Of a DNA stretch of 52,710 nt, positions 36,585-45,184 are shown piece by piece (position 1 is the stretch's first letter; each line of letters opens with the position of its first letter). The notes under the pieces were generated by a model. That model was not told where the DNA came from. It saw only the letters and a list, made by a program, of their open reading frames with translations, and made no database searches. The position numbers were made by a program, and so were the translations under genes. This DNA comes from Deltaproteobacteria bacterium (GTDB lineage Bacteria; Myxococcota_A; Polyangia; Polyangiales; JAFGIB01): contig JAFGIB010000290.1 in the NCBI GenBank assembly GCA_016929805.1, positions 1 through 52,710 on the forward strand, in the 5' to 3' direction.

Positions 36585-38177
36585 TTATTCGGCTTGCATC
36601 GTTACCGGAACCACGTCGATCGCGCTCTCGGACTTATCGAGGATCAAGCGATAGACTCTGCCGTTGCGCGTGTCCAAGTCAGCGTCCGGAACCTCGTCGG
36701 ATAAATTAGTTACCACGATCAGCACCCTATCCGTTTCTCGAGTCAGCTCGAGCGCGAGATAGCTGTTCGGATCTCTTCTCGCCGGCACCGCCATCCTTCC
36801 GAGCTCTTGCCCCTCTTTGGACAACCTAATCGCGATCAGCGACCAGCGTCCCCCGTGCTCTCCGCGAAGCCATATCTTCAATTGAAGGGGAAATAGTGCT
36901 TGAGCGGTATCGACCATCGTATAGCCGCTGCCGTAGGTCTCTAAAGGTGGGTCCGAAACCGGTAGGTGTTTTGGTAACTGGGCGATCGAAATCGGACCGA
37001 GCACCGGCACCCGTCCATCTTCTCGTAGGGTTTTGAACGCGCAAAAAGGAGCACGGCGGCGGCGCGGCTCAGAACCGGCGAAATAGCGTGCAACCGCAAT
37101 ATCTTCCACGATTTCCACCAAAGAATCGCCGGCGTTTTTCAGCGCCTTATCTAACGCCTCCCAGAGGTCGGGAGAACCGCGCAGCCAGCGCTTATCCTCG
37201 CTCTTCTGCCTGGCGAATTGCCATAACTCGCGCAAGAACGTCCCACTTCCACCGTCTGCTCTTTCCGACAACGCGGCCAGGAATAAAGCGCCACCCTCGC
37301 CATATTCAAGCGAGTCGGTAATCCACCCCTGCCAGGGATTCTCTTGCTTCATTTCGACATCGTCGTCACAGCCGTAACGGCCGGAGATCAACCACGCGAC
37401 ATAGGCGCCGGTCGCGCGGCGCCAAGCCTCTGCTTCCGCCGGGTCCTGGCCGAGCAACACCGCTTGAACCAGCGCGGAGACGACGCACGCCTGCAATCGG
37501 TCTGAAGAGACGCTCGCGTCGACGACGGCGTATGTCGAGGCGCTGTCGAGCAACGACCAAGCGACCGGCGCATCGACGAACGCCCTGGTAGATAGCGCGC
37601 TTTGCGAGATCAGATAAAGGTCAAAAGAAGCGGTACCCCCGTATCCTCCGTCGGCGACCGGTTCGGGCCACCCGGTCTCGATGAGCAGCGTGTACGCTTG
37701 CTCGAGCGCGGCCAGGGTTTCGTGAACCCTTTTTTCCGAAACCGCGGGAGGCGCGTGTACACAAAGCGGATATCTTTCAGACTGCAGCATCCACCCCTGG
37801 TCATCGGGCCGCGACACTCGCTGCGGGTAGGGAACAGTCGGTCCTTTCCATCGTCCCTGACCGACCGCCCACTGTGCCCACATTTCGATCGGAGAGACTT
37901 GAGCTGTTGTTTTTGGTGTCGCGGTCAATAGCAAAAGCGCCACGACGACGATCGCCGTCTTGGTTTTTCCCAACTGATGCCCTAAGCCGAACGCGCGACG
38001 ATGGGATCGATGACACAACGGTTTTGGCCGCTGATGCATGCCGCGCGCGCGTTTTATCGGCTGAGACGATTGCGGCGGTGTGAATGGCAGAGCACGGCAA
38101 CGGACTCGTATCTCCAAGCTACGCGGGTCGCGCGCTGACAAATCCTCTATAGCTTCGGTCTGATCCACCTGACCCAT
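36585..38177 (-). CDS. Exported protein resembling MXAN_6640/DUF6055-type zincins without HExxH; true start probably downstream
   Basis: DGGYGG..FDLYL, then a helix and W..ATG, YGEG.ALF; signal-like VVVALLLL segment. Confidence 0.55.
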   Translation of the reverse strand: MGQVDQTEAIEDLSARDPRSLEIRVRCRALPFTPPQSSQPIKRARGMHQRPKPLCHRSHRRAFGLGHQLGKTKTAIVVVALLLLTATPKTTAQVSPIEMWAQWAVGQGRWKGPTVPYPQRVSRPDDQGWMLQSERYPLCVHAPPAVSEKRVHETLAALEQAYTLLIETGWPEPVADGGYGGTASFDLYLISQSALSTRAFVDAPVAWSLLDSASTYAVVDASVSSDRLQACVVSALVQAVLLGQDPAEAEAWRRATGAYVAWLISGRYGCDDDVEMKQENPWQGWITDSLEYGEGGALFLAALSERADGGSGTFLRELWQFARQKSEDKRWLRGSPDLWEALDKALKNAGDSLVEIVEDIAVARYFAGSEPRRRRAPFCAFKTLREDGRVPVLGPISIAQLPKHLPVSDPPLETYGSGYTMVDTAQALFPLQLKIWLRGEHGGRWSLIAIRLSKEGQELGRMAVPARRDPNSYLALELTRETDRVLIVVTNLSDEVPDADLDTRNGRVYRLILDKSESAIDVVPVTMQAE

Positions 38178-38252
38178 TCGACATAATTTCCGTTTGCGCT
38201 TAGGATTTGATACAAAAGGCTTTTAACAGCGAAAAGAAATTACAGGATAACC

Positions 38253-38804
38253 ATGTCGGAATCTCAATTCGATCCAAATCTTTTCTTTCAGTTCGACCTC
38301 GAGCGGGGAGAAGTGCGCGCGCGCGACGGCTCGCGGGTGCTGTTGCTTTCCCAAGATGTCCTGGGTCCGCTGATCGGCACCGCGGTTCGAAGCGGTGACC
38401 TAACGGCGGTCCGCGAATTGGGAAATCAGCTCGGTAGCTACGTTAAAGGTCACCTGGGCGAATCCGTTGAGGATAAATCGCCGGCGATTGTGCTCGGCAA
38501 TGTCGCCGACGTGTTAGCGCTTTACGGTTGGGGAAGGCTACGGGTCGAACAGTGGGGCAACGCGTTGGTGCTTCAGGTGGAAAAACTACCCCCTCTAGAC
38601 CAGGAAAATTTAGCTGTCGCAGCGCTGTTGGGCGGTGCCCTGTCAACGCTGTGCTCGCGCGAGGTCGCTTGCGTACCGGTTGGCAGCGACAATCGCTACT
38701 TGGTAGTTGACCCGAATATTGCCGAACGGGTGTGGGCGTGGTTTAAAGGCGGTAACGATATCGCTAGCATCGTTTCGAAACTGGTTGCTCCGGAGGGATC
38801 TTGA
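38253..38804 (+). CDS. V4R/HNOB-like domain protein
   Basis: GEVRARDGSRVLLL, LG..LG, LALYGWGRL, LLGGAL pattern. Confidence 0.6.
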   Translation: MSESQFDPNLFFQFDLERGEVRARDGSRVLLLSQDVLGPLIGTAVRSGDLTAVRELGNQLGSYVKGHLGESVEDKSPAIVLGNVADVLALYGWGRLRVEQWGNALVLQVEKLPPLDQENLAVAALLGGALSTLCSREVACVPVGSDNRYLVVDPNIAERVWAWFKGGNDIASIVSKLVAPEGS

Positions 38805-39352
38805 ACACTCAAGTCGAAAAGTTAGAAGAGCTCCTCGCTCGGGTTCAAAAAAACCGAGCCAAACCCCAAACTGCGCCCGCTGCGCGGCCGTTAGCCGCGG
38901 ACCGGCAGTTTGCGCGGGACTCGGCCGACAGCGTATTGGAGCGAGAGCGGATATTGCGGGAGAAGCGGTCCGAGGTGAAGCCGCAAGCGCTGTTCGATCT
39001 GGAGTCAACGCCCTCAGAAGCGGTTGGAGAACCCGAAATAACGCAGCCGCCCGACTCGATCGAAGAAGCTGCGCCGATGGGCGGTCCGATTCCGAAAAAA
39101 ACCGGTACGCCCCTTGAAGCGGCGGTCGAGAATCATATGGAATCGGCCGGCGTCGCGACCGCGGCGTCGTCAATGGACGAAATCGCCATCGAGGAGGTCA
39201 TGAATGATTCGGTTCAACCGATCGCGCTACCAACGGAGCCGATTGCAAAACCGATAAAGGCTGTTGCCGAAGTGGTAAGCAAACATCCGTCGATGCAAGA
39301 ATTGACCTTCGGGGTCTTGCTTAAAAGAACGCTCTCATTACGGCCTCGATAA
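38801..39352 (+). CDS. Hypothetical protein with short terminal helices and an acidic/Pro linker
   Basis: GGAGG RBS, TTG start overlapping the upstream stop (TTGA). Confidence 0.7.
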   Translation: MNTQVEKLEELLARVQKNRAKPQTAPAARPLAADRQFARDSADSVLERERILREKRSEVKPQALFDLESTPSEAVGEPEITQPPDSIEEAAPMGGPIPKKTGTPLEAAVENHMESAGVATAASSMDEIAIEEVMNDSVQPIALPTEPIAKPIKAVAEVVSKHPSMQELTFGVLLKRTLSLRPR

Positions 39353-39497
39353 GCCGAGTGTAAGAGAGGGATAAAACAGGCCATCCGGTTCGAGATATAT
39401 CTGAGTTGCGACGGAGGATAAGCTCGGTCAAGCATACGACGATAAAAAAACCGTTCGACTAAGGTCGATGGCAACTTATTTAGCGCATTTGAGGCTC

Positions 39498-40262
39498 ATG
39501 CTTTTAGTTATTGATGTGGGAAATACGAATACTGTCCTCGGATTATATGACGGCTCCGAGCTGGTACGTCAGTTCCGTATCGAATCGACAATCGGACGGA
39601 CCAAGGACGAATTTCAATTGGTTCTAGTCAGCCTACTACAACTCGCCAAGGTGGATCCAAAATCCGTGAAGGCGAGCATTCTCGCGTCGGTCGTACCCGC
39701 GATTACGGACACCGTGGTACAAGCGGTTCGAATGGCTTTCGGTCTCGATATTCTCGTGGTTGGACCCGGGATCAAGACCGGCATGCCGATACTCTATGAA
39801 ATCCCCAAAGAAGTCGGTGCTGATAGGATAGTCAACGCGATCGCCGCGTATGAACGCGTTCGCGGCGGTGTCATCGTGGTGGATTTCGGCACCGCCACGA
39901 CCTTTGACTGTATTTCTCACCGAGGCGAATATTTGGGCGGTGTGATCGCTCCGGGCATTACGCTAAGCGCTGAAGCGCTCTTTTCTAAAGCGGCGAAACT
40001 ACCGCGCACGGAAATCGTCAAGCCGCCACGCGTGCTCGGTCGCAACACGATACACGCGATGCAATCAGGCATCATTTACGGCTATGTCTGTTTGGTCGAT
40101 GGAATGGTCGAACGCTTGATAAAAGAGATGGGCTATCCTTGCGCCACGCTGGCCACGGGCGGGTTGGCTTCGCTGATCCAATCGGAATCCAGCACCATCG
40201 AAGAGGTCATCGAATCGCTCACGCTCGAGGGTCTACGAATACTCTATGAACGGAACTGTTAG
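39498..40262 (+). CDS. coaX: Type III pantothenate kinase
   Basis: [32 protein letters not shown]; start set at ATG 39498 after GAGG. Confidence 0.96.
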   Translation: MLLVIDVGNTNTVLGLYDGSELVRQFRIESTIGRTKDEFQLVLVSLLQLAKVDPKSVKASILASVVPAITDTVVQAVRMAFGLDILVVGPGIKTGMPILYEIPKEVGADRIVNAIAAYERVRGGVIVVDFGTATTFDCISHRGEYLGGVIAPGITLSAEALFSKAAKLPRTEIVKPPRVLGRNTIHAMQSGIIYGYVCLVDGMVERLIKEMGYPCATLATGGLASLIQSESSTIEEVIESLTLEGLRILYERNC

Positions 40263-40264
40263 AT

Positions 40265-40468
40265 ATGGAATGTAAAAAGGACAAACATCTCGAAAGCTGT
40301 AACTGCAGCTATGAACCCTGCTCTCGAAAAGGCGTTTGTTGTGAATGCATCAGCTATCACCTCAAACAAAGAGAACTTCCCGCGTGTTGTTTTCCCAGCG
40401 ATGCGGAGCGCACCTACGACCGTTCTTTCGAGCATTTTTCGCGTTTGGTTTCGGCAAAAAAAATCTGA
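40265..40468 (+). CDS. Small Cys-rich protein, DUF6485-like
   Basis: [34 protein letters not shown]. Confidence 0.75.
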   Translation: MECKKDKHLESCNCSYEPCSRKGVCCECISYHLKQRELPACCFPSDAERTYDRSFEHFSRLVSAKKI

Positions 40469-40610
40469 CCCGATGACTCCGCGGCCGAGCGCGACGCGAT
40501 CTTTCCTGCGTGGGATAACGGTGCGACCAGATAATTAAGCGATCTATTCTAATTACGCGAAATTAGATTAGAAACGGCGATTATACACGGGGGAGCGATT
40601 ACGATTCCAT

Positions 40611-42254
40611 TTGCACTACGGTCACGCTATTGGTATCCCTATACCCGGTATGGGGATCAAACCCAATATCGAGGATGGCCTTCCCACTCACCGTCCTCTT
40701 CCATCAGTCGATTTGGCGTTATTGCCGCAAGAACGCCGCGCGCTGCGTATTCGCAATTCCGTGGGCGCTTCTTTCGTCTTGTTCGCTATCGGCAGCGGCG
40801 CCGCGCTATTTGTTTTTTCTGATGACCTACGCGACTTTGTCGCGGGGATAGTCTCGTCAAATCGCATCGACGAAAACGAGGTCGAGGCCAATCGATCTTC
40901 TCAACGCCCGAACGCGAGAAAAGCTGAAGCCACTTTGACGAATCAGAGCTCGCTGACGGATCCGGATCGTAGAGAGGCGCCGCTCGAACCGGAAAAAGAA
41001 CTTATCGCGGCTATGAAACCCGTTGTGCTCGAATCCAATCAAACAGCGATGACCGCCGACGCCTTCGATACCCCGGAAGGCTTACAACAAAGCGTAAAGC
41101 GTTTCGGAAAAGCGCGAGGTTTTCGCGACGCGCTGCTTTCCGCGGGCGCCTCGTCCGGCGAAGCAAACGAGCTGATCGAAGCGCTGACTTCGTTGGTCGA
41201 TTTTCGTCACTGTCAGCCGGAGCACGAACTGCTTTTCGAGCGTGATCAAACGCGGCGATTGGTGCGCTTCGAGTATCGCGTCGGCATTACCGAAATCTAT
41301 CGCGCGACGCGCGGCAAAGAGGGAAAGCTGGTCGGACGCGCGGTCGAAATACCGATCGATAAAAGCCGCCTCGCCAAAGGCGGCTATATCTCAAGATCGC
41401 TGCGACAAGCGCTTGAGACGGTGGGCTTGGGCGGCGGATTCGCCGGGGTATTCGTAGAGGCTTTTGAAGGGCATATCGACTTTAAAAAAGACGCGCGTGC
41501 CGGCGACAATTTCAAAGCGATCGTGGATCACGAGTACGTCAACGGAACCTTTATCGGCACGGGTACAGTACACGCGCTGGAGTATCATAGTCAACGTAAA
41601 GGAAAGCTGCTGGCCTTTTGGTACGAAGTTAAGAAAGGCAAGGGAGATTTCTACAGCGCACAAGGCCGAACGATGCAAGGGGGGTGGCTGCGCACGCCGG
41701 TTCAATACGATCATATATCATCTAAATTCAACCTTCGCCGCAAGCATCCTATCTTGAAGCGGGTCATCCCCCACTACGGCGTCGACTACGCGGCGGCGCC
41801 CGGAACGCCGGTAAAGGCGGCCGCGGACGGCAAGGTCAGCTTCGCGGGGTTTAAGGGGGCTAACGGAAATTTGGTGGTTCTCAATCACAACAACGGATTC
41901 CAGACTTTTTACGCGCATTTGCTGCGTATTGCTCGCGGCATACGTTTCGGCGTGTCGGTCGAGCAACGACAAGTCATCGGAAGCGTCGGCTCGACCGGAC
42001 GTTCCACCGGCCCTCACCTGCATTTCGCGATTAAACGCAACGGTAGGTTTCTCGATCCCGCAACTCAGCTCAACGGCCCCGGGAAACCACTGCCCGCGTC
42101 AGAGGAGTCTAAGTTTCGTCGCCTCAAACAGGCGCTCATCAACGAGCTCGAAAAGATACCGTTGGCCGCGGCACCGGAGGATTCCGAAATCTCACCGCCG
42201 CAAGAGGAAACGGAAGCCTTACCGCAAGGAAGCGAGTCACTGGACGTTTTTTAG
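40611..42254 (+). CDS. M23 peptidoglycan endopeptidase (MepM-like); start uncertain
   Basis: TM anchor; HYGVDYAA, YAHL, GSTGRSTGPHLHF. Confidence 0.92.
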   Translation: MHYGHAIGIPIPGMGIKPNIEDGLPTHRPLPSVDLALLPQERRALRIRNSVGASFVLFAIGSGAALFVFSDDLRDFVAGIVSSNRIDENEVEANRSSQRPNARKAEATLTNQSSLTDPDRREAPLEPEKELIAAMKPVVLESNQTAMTADAFDTPEGLQQSVKRFGKARGFRDALLSAGASSGEANELIEALTSLVDFRHCQPEHELLFERDQTRRLVRFEYRVGITEIYRATRGKEGKLVGRAVEIPIDKSRLAKGGYISRSLRQALETVGLGGGFAGVFVEAFEGHIDFKKDARAGDNFKAIVDHEYVNGTFIGTGTVHALEYHSQRKGKLLAFWYEVKKGKGDFYSAQGRTMQGGWLRTPVQYDHISSKFNLRRKHPILKRVIPHYGVDYAAAPGTPVKAAADGKVSFAGFKGANGNLVVLNHNNGFQTFYAHLLRIARGIRFGVSVEQRQVIGSVGSTGRSTGPHLHFAIKRNGRFLDPATQLNGPGKPLPASEESKFRRLKQALINELEKIPLAAAPEDSEISPPQEETEALPQGSESLDVF

Positions 42255-42290
42255 CTTATTTACATTTCGTATTCGTATGGAGTTTCAAGC

Positions 42291-42752
42291 GTGAACGAGG
42301 TCGTATTTCATCCAATAGGCTATGTAAAAAGCCCGGAGAAACACAGCCGGCCCGGAAGTTTCAACCGGGTCGTCAGTCAGATCATTCTAAGCGAGCACCT
42401 GGCAGCCGCGTTGGAGGGGCTAAGCGAGTTCAGCCACGTCGAAGTCATCTATTTCATGCATCTATTAGAGCCGGGGCGCGGGTTCAAGCTCAAGGTCCGA
42501 CCGAGGGGTTTACCCGAGTTGGACGAAGTCGGGCTGTTCGCCACGCGCTCGCCGAACCGGCCGAACGGAATAGGTCTAACGCTCTGTGTGCTGTTGTCGA
42601 TCGAACGTCATATTTTAACCGTGAAGGGACTCGATGCGCTCGATGGCTCTCCGGTGATCGATATTAAAGGACCTGCTCGTAGTAACTATCTTCGTCGGGG
42701 CAAGATGAAGTTTCCCAAGTGGACCGAAGCCCTCGAGCGCATCGCCGATTGA
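42291..42752 (+). CDS. tsaA: TsaA/TrmO-like SAM-binding tRNA methyltransferase domain
   Basis: HPIGYV, LEGLSEFSH, GLFATRSPNRPNGIG, GLDALDGSPVIDIK. Confidence 0.85.
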   Translation: MNEVVFHPIGYVKSPEKHSRPGSFNRVVSQIILSEHLAAALEGLSEFSHVEVIYFMHLLEPGRGFKLKVRPRGLPELDEVGLFATRSPNRPNGIGLTLCVLLSIERHILTVKGLDALDGSPVIDIKGPARSNYLRRGKMKFPKWTEALERIAD

Positions 42753-42967
42753 ATACGTCCGTTAAGGCATAGTCTGATAGAGAAAAGCTTTCTACGACGT
42801 ATGCGAAACGATTTATTCATATTAATCGACGATAACGAAGACGGATCGATAGGGATAAAGGCAGTATGAAGTTTAAAAATGTCGCTTACCCGCTTATCGA
42901 TTCGGCGTTGCGCGGTTGGTACGAAATCCAGATTCTCCGTTTCATCCTAAAAATCATCGAATCGTCA

Positions 42968-43102
42968 GCAACTTCTCAAAAAATGGTAATAAAACGATTG
43001 CACGAGATTTCTCTCTTTGGTCGAAATGACGGGTGTTGCCACGTATGTCATCTCGACCGATGGGAGAGATCCCAAACAAACCACCATTTTTTTAGAAGTT
43101 AC
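42968..43102. mobile_element. Family C MITE-like element carrying a REP-like inverted pair
   Basis: 20-bp TIR G(C/T)AACTTCT(C/A)AAAAAATGGT (18/20); inner arms 43004-43030 and 43047-43073. Confidence 0.8.
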
Positions 43103-43319
43103 GATCGCTACACACAAAAGAGCATAACAATATACGCATTCGCGTTGTGTACGTACTTTACGCATTGCATGAGTGCTGCTAACATAAAAGAAATTTGCCG
43201 CTTTTTCGCGTGGCATAACGGAATACGACGATTTTGTCTGCTGCTGTTCAAAAGCGATCAACGAGTGGGGTTGAGAGTGCTTTGCTCTCCATGTCCCCGG
43301 TTTAGATGGGAGAAGTATT

Positions 43320-44291
43320 GTGTCTATCAAGTGTTTTTTTAAAAACCTCCTTGCACTGCTGTTTTTATTTAGTGTCTCGGGAACAGCCGAAGCACAGGAT
43401 GCCAAAGTGGCTAGCGACGTAGCGTCGTACGGTGGCGTTTCGCGCGGCGAAGCGCGTTCCCTAGTCCGAAAGGTATCCGAGCAGATGCAGAAAGCCGCTA
43501 GCTCGATTGTAGGCTTGAACGACCCGATTCGCCGAGCGATGAGAATCGGGATGTTCGGTCAGGCGCCCACGCCGCAGCAAGACGCGGTAAACGACGCTAA
43601 AGCTCGCTTATACCTCTATTCGGGTTTGACCCAGCAGAGCCTTAAGGCTCTATTTCGGCCGGGCCCGGGAATGCTAGCGATTTGCACTCAGAGTCTTCAG
43701 ATTAGCGAAACGGAATGTGAAGCGCTGGTTGCAGCGTCGCTCCAAAAGCCGGTGAGGGAAGTTGCGAAGCTGTTAGAAAGCCACCCGGCCGTGATTCCAA
43801 TGCAACCGGTAACCGCCTCGCCGAACGGATACGCCACCGCGCGCCCCGTTCCACAAACCACCTACACGCCGCCAGCCCCAAAGCCGACCTACCAGCCGGC
43901 GCCAGTGGCTAAAAGCCCGGTCGTAACGACACCCGCTCCCGCCCCTCGCACGAAGTATACTCCGGACACACCTAACGTGGATACGGCTGCGGCCTATAAA
44001 GCGCGAAGGGAAAAATACTTGGCAAGCTTTAAACAAAAAAAGGAAGAGACGAAGAAGGCCAGGGAGGTTTCGAAAGCTTCGGAACCGGTCGTTACCCCTA
44101 CCAAGAATACCACCTCCGAGCCCGAGGTGTTTGAAACCCCGGAACAAGCGAAAACCTCTGCTCCAGCAGCCTCTTCTGCCTCTATAGCCAAGGAGACGGA
44201 TGAAAAACCCGAGCCGAAGGCAAAGCCTAAGCCCAAGGAGACCGACTCGTTTATCTCCGATCTCCTAGCCGATCCATTAGGTAAAAAGTAA
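43320..44291 (+). CDS. Secreted hypothetical protein with Pro/Thr/Lys-rich C-terminal half
   Basis: GGGAG RBS before GTG; signal peptide ending AEA. Confidence 0.75.
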   Translation: MSIKCFFKNLLALLFLFSVSGTAEAQDAKVASDVASYGGVSRGEARSLVRKVSEQMQKAASSIVGLNDPIRRAMRIGMFGQAPTPQQDAVNDAKARLYLYSGLTQQSLKALFRPGPGMLAICTQSLQISETECEALVAASLQKPVREVAKLLESHPAVIPMQPVTASPNGYATARPVPQTTYTPPAPKPTYQPAPVAKSPVVTTPAPAPRTKYTPDTPNVDTAAAYKARREKYLASFKQKKEETKKAREVSKASEPVVTPTKNTTSEPEVFETPEQAKTSAPAASSASIAKETDEKPEPKAKPKPKETDSFISDLLADPLGKK

Positions 44292-44331
44292 GCGCGGATA
44301 AGGGCCAACGGCGTCAATCGCGGCAATGCGG

Positions 44332-44424
44332 GTAAGCGTTCAGGCTCCAAACAACGCGGCGGCCAATTCACCTACAAAATCGAGCGCGCCCGCAGGACCG
44401 GCGATGAGTGCAATGACTGTACCT
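44332..44424 (+). mobile_element. Family B partial copy
   Basis: GTAAGCGTTCAGG...CGAGCGCGCCCGCAGG.CCGGCGA...CTGTACCT aligns with 52583-52675. Confidence 0.85.
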
Positions 44425-44463
44425 CAACGTTGCAAAAACTCCGTCGGCGTAAAGCGCTTCGCT
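44421..44463 (+). mobile_element. Family A partial copy joined to family B
   Basis: ACCTCAACGTTGCAAAAACTCCGTCGGCGTAAAGCGCTTCGCT. Confidence 0.85.
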
Positions 44464-44718
44464 GTATCTTCTCAATAAGTGGTGGCGAAACAACCTGGGA
44501 ACGCGCGCGTATAGGTTCGCTCTTGGGTAGTATTGATATAACGACTTGCCCCTGCCCAAGTAACTCAAGAATGAGAAACGTATTGATTTCTGCACGATTG
44601 CACCACGTAAGGTTAGTTCTCCCCAAAAAAAACGGGCAAGGGCAGGGGCACGGGCAGGGGCCAGTTGGGCTGCTTTCAGGTATCTTCATCTGCTCGCCAC
44701 GACTTTTTGAGAAGGTAC
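44464..44718. mobile_element. Family C-type element (255 bp) with different cargo
   Basis: 25-bp TIR GTA(T/C)CTTCTCAA(T/A)AAGT(G/C)GTGGCGA, 22/25 match. Confidence 0.8.
44634..44661 (+). repeat. GGGCAN hexamer array, potential G-quadruplex
   Basis: GGGCAA GGGCAG GGGCAC GGGCAG GGGC. Confidence 0.8.
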
Positions 44719-44724
44719 CGTGTC

Positions 44725-44842
44725 GGTCCGATATGCAAGGAGCCGCGACGAAGGACTAGCAGCGCTATTTCGAGAAGCGAGCGACGCCGCAGATTGGGAC
44801 GTCCCGCCCGAAGGACGAGCGGAGGCATTTATGAGACGGGCT
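44725..44842. repeat. Family D structured repeat; boundaries approximate
   Basis: GTCCGATATGC...GCAGATTGGGAC stem; 26-nt core matches family E core 24/26 in reverse. Confidence 0.6.
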
Positions 44843-45184
44843 TTAGTGTTGGTGCCCTCGAAATCTATTATATGTAGCAGGGTGTAACTTCGCGGATTAT
44901 CTATTGAATATCGCCTCGGTAGCCTGCAATGCGACGGCGCGTTGGGATCGATAGGGTCTTCCTCGACCGTGGAGAGGCGTAGCGAATAAGGGGATCTTTC
45001 GCGACCATGTTGAGAAATGCGCGGCGGCGGTGTAAGCGAAGGAGCGGTAGTCTGTCGGTAGAACGCCAAACGGAACGCGGCTTTACGGTTTGTCGAGCCT
45101 TCGCGCGCGGGCTTTTCCCGTGTAAAACATCGTTCCGGATTTGTTTAGAAGAAAATAGCCCTTTTAAAGAGACATCGCCCTTAC

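Noticed and set aside
42866-43405. 158-aa and 146-aa ORFs between tsaA and the secreted protein
   Set aside because: They run through the family C palindrome, have atypical composition and overlap a better gene
44598-44613. TTGCACCACGTAAGGT as the right TIR of the 44421 family A copy
   Set aside because: Needs gaps to align and lies inside the better-supported family C element
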